A DNA stretch of 64,000 nt. Origin: Marsupella aquatica. Lineage: Eukaryota > Plantae > Marchantiophyta. The translations under genes and the position numbers were made by a program. The notes under the pieces are model-generated. The model was not told where the DNA came from. It made no database searches and was given only the letters and a program-made list of their open reading frames with translations. This document shows positions 35,623-47,425 of the stretch, piece after piece. The number at the start of each line of letters is the position of its first letter. The first letter of the stretch is position 1. The stretch spans positions 23,272,015 through 23,336,014 of the forward strand of contig OZ316893.1 in NCBI GenBank assembly GCA_973895155.1. The letters run 5' to 3'.

Positions 35623-36156
35623 TGTCATGCCGAGGGACAGTGCCTCTTATGCACATCGGCATGTCCCTCGCCTGCCCGCTAGGTATGTAGTTAGGGCTAG
35701 TGTACTACCTGAGTTAGCGACATGTTCTTGTAGCAAGTCTGGGCCGTTCTTGAAGCAAATGTGCTTGTTAGTGTGACGCCAGGAATTTGCTTGCTTAGGG
35801 CATGTCTTTCTTTGTGGGTTTTCAGTTCTTCTTGAATCGCTGTTGACAGAGCTCAGACAGTGCTCGTCGGTTCCGTACACGGGATTCACACAGTGATTCG
35901 TTAGATGCTCCCGGCCGATCTTGGCATCCTGCCGGTTTTCGATTCGATTTCAGTACAATTGTTTCTCTTACGCCTTTTATATACAGAGGTTTACACCTCC
36001 ACTACGTACATACCACTTCATTTGCTTTTTCTTGGCACTTGTGAATGTGATTGGACTTTTTCTATGCATGTTGGTTGCTAGCAGCTTGCACATATGCCTT
36101 GCCGGTGACTTGTATGTTTTCGATACACTATGGCTACGATACTATATGTCACGACA
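35623..36156 (+). repeat. Repeat A2 (35623-35980) joined without overlap or filler to repeat B2 (35981-36156)
   Basis: Junction CCTTTTAT|ATACAGAGG. A1 is followed by T and B1 is preceded by G, so the boundaries are unambiguous. Confidence 0.97.
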
Positions 36157-37659
36157 AAGGGACTACACCACACGACCTGCAATTACCTCTGAAATGCACT
36201 TATACACGGTGCTTTTATGCATGGTAGAGTGTACACCGTGTGTCATTCATGTAAGGAAGAAAGGTTACCAATGTGTAACCTTTTCTATTAGGTGCTACCA
36301 TTTCCATAACCCTATGCCCAGAAAGTCTTACCCATAATATTTGTTCAGGGTAGGTATCCTAAAGTATAATACACAGTTGCGTCACTTTTTAGAGTGGTCG
36401 TCATTCAAATTTGAAGTGCATAAAAGTTTAAAAATGTGATCAAAGGTAAGTAATAAAATCAAAATGTGGATTGAGTTTAGTGTGACACAAAAAGTTACAC
36501 CATTGTCCAAGACAAGCAAAATAATCACACGAAACACCCCCAAAAAGTGAAAGACTTTAATTAATGCACGACAATCAATGCACGAGGATCAAGGAGGATA
36601 CTCCCTCCAGGCCTCCATGATCCGTATTGTACATACTCAGAGTATTCTACATATTCAATATTATGTGCAACATAGTTTTGTATAATAGTGATAAGAGGAG
36701 TTTAATTGTTAATAATATTTTGGTCACTTGATAAATAAAAATTGTTCTCCCAATATTTGTGGTGATTTTTAGAGTCATTTGCACTATCATTTTCAATGCC
36801 AAAAAACAACAGTAATAAGGCCCAAAGACATAGTGAAACGCATGACACGGACGTTGATGGCAAGTTGTCGGGCGAGGGGCACACTTGCAATGTAGGGCAG
36901 CCCCTCGAAGGGCTCCAGTCGCGCACGGGTGGGGAGGGAGGGGGCAGCGAGCGAGTGGAGTGATGATGAAATGGGGAAAAGGGGGAGGTTAAGGTTTAAA
37001 AGGAACATAAGAGGAAAAAAAATTTAAAAGGGGGGGAAAACACCTCTCATTTTGTTATACTTTTGTGGTTGTCATAGCCAGTGGTTTGTGCAATGACGTC
37101 TTTTATTCAAAGAATTTTTTTGTGCAAGGAGAAAAAAGAAAAAGGGAACTTTTGTGGATGCCGTGGCCAGTATTTTGCACAATGATATCTTTCATTCAAC
37201 AAAAAGTTTTGTGCAATTTTTATTCAATGATATCTTTTGCACCATGAGCAATTTCTCAACAACATCTTTAACCAAACAACATCTTTTATGCAACGCATGG
37301 GGATTGAAAGGATAGCGATAAAATGGTCATCTTTGCTAAACCCTAAAACCTTAAACCTGAAACCAATAATATAACATTGCGCCAATGTATAGAGTGTCGC
37401 CATTCAAATGCAAGGGCATTTTGGGTAAAAAAACAAACAAAGAAAAAGACTTGCTCCTTCTCTCCTTGACTTTTTACTTCATAACATCTTTCACATAATG
37501 ACAACTTGGATGAAACGACACCTTTTTTTTCTTTATAACATCTTTTACTTCTCGATATCTTTGGCATAATGACACATTTTTTTTATCAACATCTTTCACA
37601 TAATGGCATCTTTGGCAAAATGACTTCAAGGACATCTTTTGTGTAATGCACGTGTATTT

Positions 37660-38145
37660 TCCCTCAACGATGTCTTGGCTGACATGACATCTTTTCCCTC
37701 AATGATGTCTTTGCTGACACGACATATTTTTTCTCAACAACATCTTGGCCGACATGACAATTGTTTTCTTGATAACATCTTGGCCGACATGACATCTTTT
37801 TTCTCAACGACCTCTTGACCGCCATGACAAATTTTTTCCTCAATGACTTCTTTTCTCTTAACGACCTCTTGGCCATTTTTTTTTCTCAACGACTTCTTTT
37901 CTCTCAACGACCTCTTGGCCGACACAACATCTTTTCTCTCCATGACCTCTTGGCCGACACTACATCTTTTTTCTCCACGACCTCTTGGCCGACACTACAT
38001 CTTTTCTCTCCACGACCTCTTGGCCGACACAAAACCTTTTCTCTCCACAACCTCTTGGCTGACACTACATCTTCTCTCTCAACGACCTCTTGGCCGACAC
38101 GACATCTTTTTTTCTCAACGACATCTTGGCCGACATGACTTCTTT
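37660..38145. repeat. ~30-bp minisatellite, roughly 13-15 degenerate units
   Basis: CTC(A/C)ACGACCTCTTGGCCGACAC.ACATCTTTT repeated. Confidence 0.9.
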
Positions 38146-38289
38146 TGTGCAACGCACGGGTATTGAGCTAGTTATGTATGATATCAACTGTTTGGGTTGG
38201 GTTCTAGTGGGAAACCTATTCCCACAAAGCTCAAATTTTTTCTGCCTGTCAGCATTTACTCACAAAAAAATTTAGGCCCGTCAGCATGT

Positions 38290-38570
38290 ACTCATTTTCT
38301 GGTCAGAGGGTTACAAGAAAATTTAGGCAAGTTAGCATTTACTCACTTTCTGGTCACATGGTTACAAGAGACTACTATTACAAGAAAATTTGGGCCTCTC
38401 AACATGTGGTCACATGGTTACAACAGACTTCACATGGTTTCAAGAGACTGGTCACATGGTTACAAGAGACTAGTATTACAAGAAAATTTGGGACTCAACA
38501 TGTGGTCACTTTCTGGTCACTTTCTGGTCACATGGTTACAACAGACTTCACATGGTTTCAGGAGACTAGT
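38290..38570. repeat. Degenerate tandem repeats built on GGTCACATGGTTACAA
   Basis: The motif recurs at least four times, with TTACAAGAAAATTT and CAACATGTGGTCAC sub-repeats. Confidence 0.8.
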
Positions 38571-40168
38571 AACCCAGACCAAAGTGTCATTACCCCATAC
38601 ATAACCGAAGGGCCAAGCCTGTCAAGGGGGCATCACCATATTCTCTCGAGGAAGAGACGGGGCGTCATGGGCAGAGTTGAAGACATTTTCATCCGCGTCC
38701 CAACCAACCTGACCCCACATCGTAGACGAGCTTTTCAACTTGGAGAGGTGGGGTTGTGGGTTTATTGAGCAGATTTGTGAGTCTGGTGGATCAATTCCAC
38801 CCCAACTGCGGCCATCAGTCACTCTTGGGGAGAATTTGAGGATTTGAGAGGTTCACATTGAGGGGATGGAGCCGGCTTTCCATCCGGGTCCTGAAACGGC
38901 AACATTTGTAGAAGGACTTTTCAACTTGCGGAGGGATGTTTCTGGGTGAGAGTGAGCCAGTTCGTGGAACTGGTGGATCCACTCCAGCTCAATCGGAATC
39001 ATCACACTTTGGAAAATTTGAGGAGTTCTAAAGGTTCACACATTGAAGGCGATGGAGTTTTCTGGGTACATCCTTTCATCCGGGTCCTGAAATTACCACA
39101 TTTAAAAAGATTTGAGAAGAGCCTTCATGTTGTCGAGGTGGGTTTGTGGGTGAGTGAGGAGGTTTGAGAGACTGGTTCCATTCCAATTGTGATCATCACT
39201 CTTGGAGAATTTCAGGAGTTGGAGACGTCAACATTTGGGCGGTACAACATTCTCTCTTTTCGTTTTTTTTCTGTCTACAAACCTCAACAGGAGTGACTCA
39301 GTCTCTGCGTCTGATCTTCGCTGCTTTTCACTGTGTTTTCAGCTCGACGATCCAGTAGTTGACCTACGACGCTGAGATCCTTCTCGTCACAGTAGCCCAA
39401 GGAATTCAGTGATCGGGCTGATGCAGAAATAGAGATTTAGGCGGTACACCAAACTGCCAAAGGAAAGGTTCTAGGAGAAGACGAGAAAAGAGAACTTGAA
39501 GGCGCTTTGGTCTTCCTCATAGAGAGCAACCCAAGAGGGAGGACCTTGGCTCAATCTCCCACAAAGCTGTGATGCTGCATGAGCTGTCTCTAGCTCTGTA
39601 ACAAGTGAACACGTGAAAGATTCGGAAACAGGTGTTCACGCCATGGTGCAAACTTTGGTATGTTCGCCCAGAACGCTCCCCCTAATATTTTTATGGCAAA
39701 GTATATGAAAACAAAATTGATATATGCCGTTGTTCTGTTACATAGCTCAATGTCTTGTGCGTGTTACGTTTGCCCGTGGACTGTTCTGTTGAACATTTTT
39801 ATCTCTATCCTGTCCCAGTTTAGCGTGCTGGGCTACGAAGAACAATAATCTTTTTATGAAGGAAGTTTGTTCCTACAGTTTGTCGAGATCAAGAGCTTTG
39901 ATCTATTGAAGTTTCTCGCAGAGCCCTAGCCAAGGCGCAGCTGCCTACTGCTGATTCATAACACCCGAATCTATTTGCAATTCGTGATTGCGCCTCCCGT
40001 CTGTTTGACAAGCTCTATGGCAACCTTTCAGGATTTTTGACCTACTTGAAATGATGTGGAATGCAGACCATCAATTCAGAGAAGTTGTCAAAAGCAGTGG
40101 CGGAGCAGAATGAATGAATTGACATTGTAGATGCCCTGAACATGCTCTAGACTGGTAGAACGTGCAAA

Positions 40169-42040
40169 ATGGCGATTCGGTTTTTCCCACAATTACCAGC
40201 TTGTCATCAGCATTTAGAGAAGGCTGCTGACCAGGCAAGAGTATCAACGGGATATTCAATTGCTAGTGCATTGGTCCCTTCAGCTTTGGCCTCTGAATTG
40301 CATCTGGGTGCGTCTCGCCGGGATATTGGAGCCGGTGCACGATTCGTAACAGAAGCGAGAAGCTCCAAACTCGGAACGCACGCTACTGGAGTTTCAACAT
40401 GGATACAGAACAGGCCGTCTTCTTCTTTTTCAACCTCATGTAGAGTTGCCTCCAACATTGATCTGAGTGCTGTCGACAATCCGGCAGTGGGAGGGAGTTT
40501 TTCTAACAGCTCTGAGCCCAACAAAGCAGTTCTGGAGGCGTTGACGAAGGTTTGTACCGGACCCACACAGACGAGGCCTTTAGACGAGGCACAAGCTTTG
40601 AAAGTCCTTGATACGATTCTTCGATCAGTCAAAGGAGAACTACCAGAAGAGGATCAAGTGTCTCCAGCACAGATGGGTGCCTTTTTTGGGGCAATGACAT
40701 TAAGGGCAAATTCATTCCCAGCAGCCACGAATTGGAGTGAAGGAGAACGGAAAGCCCTGGCAGAATATTGGCCGTCTTTCGTGAAATTCCTCCCCCAAGA
40801 AGTTCTCTTTTTAGCAGATCCTGAGTGTGCACTTTTCGGAGATGGCTACCATAAGGGCCAAATCTTCCGTGGGAATGGGGTTGCCGAGGCACGGTTGGTG
40901 GGGGCGTTGAGGGAGGTGCTAACAGGTGCTCATCTCGGGTACGAGGAAGTCTATGGACTTCTCAGAGATCTCCCTCTGCATAATGGTCTTAGCCGTCCTA
41001 ATGGAACTTCAAATGTTGTCAGTGAAGCCCTGGTTGCAGCCTTCTTGATTGTTCAGCGGATGAATAAGGAGACAGATGCTGAGTTGAAGGCCTACTGTAT
41101 GGCTTTTGATGATGAGCTTGGCACTTTGCCTACAGCTAATGTCAGGTCATTAACCCACTATGGTGAACCTTATGATGGAAACACACGTTTCTTTCGAAGC
41201 ACTCTTTTTGTGGCCGCTGTCCGTGCCAGTTATGGAGAGGCTTGCTTGCTATATGGGGCTGACTGGATGCCCCCAAAGGGGGGCATCAATGAGGAACAGG
41301 CCATTAAACATTTAGGAGGAGCAACAAACTTAATGCCTTCACAGGCTGCAAAGCTTCTTGAGGATGATGAAGTGGGTTTTGCTTATGTAAGTCAGCGAGA
41401 AGCTCGTCCATCTTTATACTCCCTGGTTGGCTTGAGGAAGCACATAAAGAAGCGACCACCCATAGCAACCACAGAGAAAGTCCAGCGTTATGTCCGGGCA
41501 ACTGGTAGAGAAGCAGCAATGGCAGGGTTTTATCATGAGGGTTATGAGGACCCACTATTGATGCTGATACGAAGAAGAGGTATGGATGCTGGTCTTGTGA
41601 TTAAGGGTGAAGAGGGAGCTTTGTCTCTCTCCACGAGATCCAAATCAGCTGATGCTGTCGTGAAGGGTAGACCATTAAACTATTGTACTGGCTTCAGGCC
41701 AGGGGATCCGGAATGCATTCAAGTTTGTGACGGTGTGTCACGTGAGTCGTTCAGTTTGGAGATCGTTGCTTCGAATTATGGATTTGAATCTACTCCGACA
41801 CCAAGAGTCGACAGGTCAATTGCAAAAAATGTTGATCTAGGGCTTGCAGCTTTACGAGGTGAGAAAGGTGCTGCTTATGATCGGATTGTCCTAAACGCAG
41901 CTATGGCTGACCATCTGCTGGGATGTGAGGGTGCATCTGACCCTCTAATAGCTATTACACGAGCAAAATATGCTATTGACAGTGGGAAGGCACTACAACA
42001 CTTGATGGCATACCTGGAGAAAAGCTCGAAAATTAAATAA
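40169..42040 (+). CDS. Anthranilate phosphoribosyltransferase-like protein (glycosyltransferase family 3, At1g70570-type), probable organellar transit peptide, single coding exon
   Basis: 623-aa uninterrupted ORF with Ser/Ala-rich N-terminus, GPTQTRPL, QMGAFFGAMTLR, HYGEPYDGNTRFFRSTLFVAAV, IKKRPPIATTEK, KGEEG and AYDRIVLNA. Confidence 0.9.
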   Translation: MAIRFFPQLPACHQHLEKAADQARVSTGYSIASALVPSALASELHLGASRRDIGAGARFVTEARSSKLGTHATGVSTWIQNRPSSSFSTSCRVASNIDLSAVDNPAVGGSFSNSSEPNKAVLEALTKVCTGPTQTRPLDEAQALKVLDTILRSVKGELPEEDQVSPAQMGAFFGAMTLRANSFPAATNWSEGERKALAEYWPSFVKFLPQEVLFLADPECALFGDGYHKGQIFRGNGVAEARLVGALREVLTGAHLGYEEVYGLLRDLPLHNGLSRPNGTSNVVSEALVAAFLIVQRMNKETDAELKAYCMAFDDELGTLPTANVRSLTHYGEPYDGNTRFFRSTLFVAAVRASYGEACLLYGADWMPPKGGINEEQAIKHLGGATNLMPSQAAKLLEDDEVGFAYVSQREARPSLYSLVGLRKHIKKRPPIATTEKVQRYVRATGREAAMAGFYHEGYEDPLLMLIRRRGMDAGLVIKGEEGALSLSTRSKSADAVVKGRPLNYCTGFRPGDPECIQVCDGVSRESFSLEIVASNYGFESTPTPRVDRSIAKNVDLGLAALRGEKGAAYDRIVLNAAMADHLLGCEGASDPLIAITRAKYAIDSGKALQHLMAYLEKSSKIK

Positions 42041-44259
42041 GTATCAAAATTTCGGCAAGATCAGGGTACCTGCCTGCATGAACTTCAACTACGACGTGTG
42101 TCTCTGATCTGTATGGCAAGATTAAGCTGCCGTGGGAATTGGCCATGGGTTTCGAGACCGGAGTGAGATGTTGGAATCCATCTGTCAATGTTCCTTTGGT
42201 CAACCTCGGTCTTGTTCTGTCCCTAGAGAAGGAACTGATTGAGCTTCTGAAGGTTTTGACGGACGGAGACGTAACTTTCAACCTCTCCAATCTCTCCAGA
42301 CCCAGGAATGGAGAAAAGAGATTTGATCTCTACACACGAAAGGCGGAGGATGGTCTGAGAGGTACTCTGAGTAGAAGATATGTAAAACTACATTTCGGGA
42401 AGCGAAAATTTTACTCCATCCATATTTTTGACCGTAGGGAAAGGTTTTGAATGCTAGACAGATAACTCTAGTACAAGCCACAACCTTCTAATTCCCCAAA
42501 TTGATTATTAACGGAAATGTTCTTCAGGATTATCCAGTCTCCATGACGAAACTTTTGACAGACCAGAATTAGATGGCTCGAGCAGATTTCTGTTTGAGTA
42601 TGGATGGCAGTCCTCAGGGATGTTTTCACCAGTTCCTTAATGGACTGCCATTTTTACTGGAACTATGTGGCTTGTTCCTTGGATTCGACATAGTTGATCC
42701 TTTCTCATTGTGTCGGCAGATTACTGGTTGCGTCATGTCAAGGACAGAAGACTTGGGATGCTGAAATCTAGGTCTCTATTGGTTGTTTAGGATTTTGCAA
42801 TCTGGTTTCTTTGGTGAAACCTTAGTCCATGTGGGCGTTAACTTGCGGAGTCCCCAGACAGTCTAATATAGATTACAAAGTAGTCAGCAGCCGCAACTTT
42901 ATAACAGCCTAAGACAAGGGCAGACAATGAAATAGAAGGCCTCCTAGTGTTTAATTTTGAAAAAGCTTCAGACTGTCTAGATCTTGACAGTGCAAGGGGA
43001 TAACAAGAGTGGTTGGACACGAGCAAATTGTAACATCTAGAATCTCTAGGAGTAAATTTTCTATTCAAAGTAAGAGCGGATGAGGCTCTACATGAGCAGT
43101 GTCCCAAATGAATGGCTAGCGCGAAGAGTTTGTAAGATATAAGTAGTTTGGATAAGTACATTAGAAGTAATAAAAATTAAACGATCTAGATTGTTTCCAC
43201 TGCCATCTATCATTGGTGTTGAAGCTCTGGAGGAATAAGCTTTGTTGTTACAATTTATGGCTGGTAAATTCAGAACTAATGCGTTTATTAGAAATTTGAA
43301 GGTCTGGAGGAAGATGGACATCCAACTTCATACAGTCTATGGCTGGTAAAATGTCTACTATTGGGTTCATGGCGGCGAACTATTCCGACGGGACCTGGGG
43401 ATAAATGAACGGGCAACAATGACAAGACACTGATTAACCAGCAGCACAGCATGCCCACTAAGAGAAGTGAGAGTTTCCATTGATGTGCTTTTGGATTTTA
43501 AACGTATCATCTCTTCTTGTGCGCATTTGACTGTCCCTTACTAGAGTTGCACATTCAGTAATTGGGGGTTTTCTTTTCAGGCCAGTTTTTCGGTCAATAG
43601 TTGTGCACTAGTCGAGGAAAGGCTTGACAGTTCATTGTTCGTGCACCTCCCGTGAGGTTCCCTCTGGTTTTGTGTCAACTCATGTAAGCATGTTATTTGC
43701 ACTCCAGGGCAGACAGAAAGATCACAGGAGGTTCAACGTTCCCAGAACATTGGCCCATTTGACAAAACTGAGATTTTATCATTCCATTCCTCCTCTAGAA
43801 CTCCGTACCAATTTCGTCGTGTCAGCAATGATCATGGTTGTGACCACTGGTTAATGTTCCAAGTCTCTATGATCCCCTTTAAGAAAGTCTGCGTTAACGG
43901 ATCAAAGTCAGGATTGCTGATCGATTTCTTAGACGGGGACTTTCATAGCAATCACAGCTGGGAGGGTGAAACTTTCATTCTCAGACAGATACGAGAGAGA
44001 AAACCTCCGACCCAACCGATCTAAACCGACTCTGCAAGCGACGATCGCAAAACACTCCGCACGCCACAGTGATCGAGAAACGTACCCGGGGGAAGGAGAC
44101 GAAGAAGAAAGGAAAAAGAAGGAGGAGAAGAAGAGCTTAGAAAAACGGGAAGGAAGCCGACACTGTTAGTCATTCGCAGCCGTTTCGAGTTTGAAGAAAT
44201 GGCAGTGCCTACAGGCGATCTTACGAAGTCGGAAGAGTTCTTGGTATTTATTCCTCTAC

Positions 44260-45290
44260 AAATAGATTGGGCTTGACGATGCTTCCATATCTGCATGCAC
44301 ATCCAACTTAAGTCCGATCAGCTGTGAGGATTCCTTGCCCTGGAAATAGATTGGACTTGCAAATGCTTCCATATCTGCATGGACATCCAACTTCAGTCCG
44401 ATCAGCTGTGCTCATTCGTCCAGCAGATATATATCGAACTCGACTGTGCTTTTATATCTGCATTGACGTAAAACTTCAATCCGGTCAGCTCTGAACGAAT
44501 GTGGGTCAGCTCCGAGGATTCGCCTAACGTTGACTTAAACTCCTTCGTAAGGTGGGCAACGATCAGCTTCACCGTGAATGCTGATCATGCTGTGAGGATC
44601 ACCTTCACTCTGACGATGAGCACTGAAGATGGTAAAATTGGTTCGCTTACAACCGAACAAGTCAAAGTTTCACAAACCCTCCTTGTTTTCTATATTCAGA
44701 AGCTTCCATCTCTAACAGCGTGCAAGCCGAGCAAGCGAAGAGATCGGATCGCCGACTAAAACGAAAACCGTAATCAGATTCTCAAAAGCTGTCAACTCGA
44801 AGAACGGGAAGCCGAGCAGAGGAGAAGTGGGTTTTCGTTTTTGGGTCTCGAAAGGAAATTTTATTAACAAATCACGCGGAAGAGAATTGAGGACATGTTC
44901 CATCTCTAACAGCATGCAAGCCAAGCAAGCCAAGCAAGCCAAGGGATCGGATCGCCCACTCGAACCAAATCCGTAATCAAATTCTCAGGAGCTGTCGGCT
45001 CAAACAACGGGACGCCGAGCAAAGCAGAATAGAATTTTATGTCTTTTCGTCTCGAAAGGAAAAATTATCTAGCGAATCAAGCAGAAGAGAATTGAGGACA
45101 CGTTACATTTCTAACAAACGTGGAGCACGCCCCGAGATCGGATCACCGACTCGAAGCTCTCAAGAGCTGTCGGCTCGAAGATCGGGAAGCCGAGCAAAGC
45201 AGACCAGAATCTTCTTTAGATTTTTTTGGATAGGAAACTTGATTACTTGATCAACAAATCAAGCAGAAGCGAATTGAGGTCATGAGCGTG
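44260..45290. repeat. Two adjacent sets of diverged tandem repeats (~84 bp x3; ~200 bp x3)
   Basis: ATAGATTGG.CTTG..ATGCTTCCATATCTGCATG.ACATCCAACTT.AGTCCGATCAGCTGTG units, then GATCGGATC.CC.ACT..GCTGTC..CTC.AA..CGGGA.GCCGAGCA..GAATTGAGG units. Confidence 0.8.
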
Positions 45291-45480
45291 GAGCGCATGG
45301 TTCCCAAACGCCGCCCTGTGGCATGGCGGTGGCGCCTCGAGGTTTGCACGAGCCTGGCGGGTGCTCTGCTCTGCTCTGCTCTGCTCGCTCGAGTGTGTGC
45401 ATGGATTGCGAACGTCCTTCGGCAGACATAGGATTTGGTTCCCTTTGTTTCCCGTGTATGTAATCTCTCACACTTCTCTA

Positions 45481-45952
45481 TCATGACACTGTAAGGTTTC
45501 GAGACTTTCATATCATGACACTGTAAGGTTTTGAGACTTTCATATCATGACACTGTAAGGTTTCGAGACTTCCATATCATGACACTGTAAGGTTTTGAGA
45601 CTTCCATGTCATGATACTGTAAGGTTTCGAGACTTTCATATCATGACACTGTAAGGTTTTTTGAGATTTTCATGTTATGACACTGTAAGGTTTCAAATCG
45701 TGCATATCATGACACTGTAAGGTTTTGAGACTTCCATGTCATGACACTATAAGGTTTTGAGACTTCCATATCATGACACTGTAAGGTTTTGAGACTTCCA
45801 AATCATGACACTGTAAGTTTTCAAGTACTGTTAATTGGTTCCTGTGTGTATAATCTCTTACCTTCGATATCATGACACTGTAAGGTTAGAGTACTATCAC
45901 TTGGTTCCTGTGTATTAATCCCTTACACTTTGATATCATGACACTGTAAGGT
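45481..45952. repeat. 32-bp minisatellite (11 units) continuing as ~66-bp units
   Basis: TCATGACACTGTAAGGTTT(C/T)GAGACTT(T/C)CATA units starting at 45481, 45513, 45545 ... 45803. The same core recurs at ~45870 and ~45936. Confidence 0.93.
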
Positions 45953-46339
45953 TCCAGGACTATCACTTGGTTCTTGTGTGTATAAATCCCTTCCAATTAC
46001 CTACCAGGGCACTGTAAGGGTGCTGGAGTTACCCTACACAAGTTCAGAGACATTGCTCATGGGAAACTCGTTTATTTACAACTTTTGGGATAGTGTCTCC
46101 AAATTCATACACTATTTCCCCTTCCTTCCCACTCTGGACCAATCCTCCAGATTCATTTATCATAACCCCTTGCTTCCACTCTTATACAGTTTAGGCAAAC
46201 CTCCAAAATCATTATTTATAACCCCCTTGGATCCCACTCTTGGACAGTTTGGACCAACCCTCCAAATTCAGGGAGACACTTTGAACTCATTAAGTACAAC
46301 CAATTGGCCCTCAGTTTGCTGTAGGGTAGGGGTCTTAGG

Positions 46340-46712
46340 GTAGCTTTTGTTGCCCATTTTGTCTTAGCTGCCAGGGCCTTTGGGCTCGGTTGTTGCCCCT
46401 TGATTGGGTACATCGCCTTTGGGATCATGCCCATTTTGTCTTAGCTGTTTGGGCCTTTGGGTTTCTTTTTTGCCCCTTGATTGGATACTTTGCCTTTGGG
46501 ACAGTGTCTCCTGGTCAGGCTCTTTTTGTTCTTGGGCAGTGTGATATATATAAGTTGGGTACTCTGGTTAAATGGAGCCAATACTATTTGGGGAGCTCTC
46601 TATCAATTGAACTTGTTGGGCACTGTGATATATATGTGATATATATAAGTTGGGTACTCTGGTTAAATGGAGCCAATACTATTTGGGGAGCTCTCTATCA
46701 ATTGAACTTGTT
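46340..46712. repeat. Two local tandem duplications (~77 bp x2, ~91 bp x2)
   Basis: TGCCCATTTTGTCTTAGCTG..TTGCCCCTTGATTGG twice; TGTGATATATATAAGTTGGGTACTCTGGTTAAATGGAGCC..TTGAACTTGTTG twice. Confidence 0.85.
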
Positions 46713-47425
46713 GTTCTTGGGCTAAATGTAACCTGTACTATTTGGGAAGTTTTCTATTAATTAAACTTGTGTGGGTGTGGATTTGCAATAAGGCCCAAGT
46801 ATTAAAAAATGATTAAATAATAAATGTGGGGCCAAGTAGACAGGGAAATGATTGGGATTGGGTTTCGATCGCCACTCAAGAGGATTACGTTTATGCTCAA
46901 AGATCTGTGAATCTGACCGAACGAATTGTCGATCTTCTTACCCCTCCAGACCGCATCAGAGGGTTTAGGCAAACCCCTTATCCTCCGCTTCAAACTCTCA
47001 ACACGCTCTTCTCTAATTCCTCCCTTTTTTTTCTGTCCAAATCGTCTGTCACCTCTCCTCTCTCTCTCTCTGTCTCTCTGTCTCTCGCTCTTCTGATGAG
47101 CATAAGATTTTCCGCAGAGGTTCTCTTCACTCACAAGAGAAGATCTCGTCACTCACGAGAGAAAAAGGAATTGAGTGAGGCACAGGAAGCTCTAGCTGAA
47201 TGAATGAATTCAGCCGCTGGAGGCGGGCTGCATAGGCTTCAAGTCATGAAGACGACGAGCTTGAGATCTTGAGAGCTTCAGTGAGTGAGTGAGTGAGTGA
47301 GTGAGAGGCATGTGCATGCCATGAGTGGAACCCAAGGTTTTTCCATCCCCTTCAAAGCAATTGAAATCCAGCTAGAGAGCAGGGCATACGTATAGAAAGG
47401 CAGCAGGCTCGGCCCGTTTGGAGTG

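Larger units (their letters stand above)
30859..36156 (+). mobile_element. Ty3/gypsy-type retrotransposon with split direct repeats (A..B-gc-A-B) and integrase-PHD; internally deleted
   Basis: TGTCATG...CACGACA outer ends with 4-bp TSD AAGG (30855-30858, 36157-36160). RT-RH-IN order. Repeats A (358 bp) and B (176 bp) each occur twice. Confidence 0.95.

Noticed and set aside
30859-36156. Classifying the split-repeat element as DIRS/PAT/Ngaro
   Set aside because: No tyrosine recombinase ORF is visible. It has an HHCC-DDE integrase, TG/CA ends and a 4-bp TSD.
35623-36156. A2+B2 as an ordinary 3' LTR or an independent solo LTR inserted next to the element
   Set aside because: The PPT lies before B1 rather than A2, A2B2 has no TSD of its own, the AAGG TSD pairs A1 with B2, and the primer site follows A directly. 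Judged less likely but not excluded without other copies.
37336-37365. Interstitial telomere repeat (CTAAACCCTAAAACCTTAAACCTGAAACC)
   Set aside because: Only about four degenerate units; too short to support.
37664-38166. Several overlapping repetitive ORFs
   Set aside because: Artefacts of the 30-bp minisatellite, open in several frames on both strands.
45481-45952. 32-bp repeat array as a CRISPR array
   Set aside because: Units are contiguous with no unique spacers, there are no cas genes, and the context is eukaryotic; it is a minisatellite.
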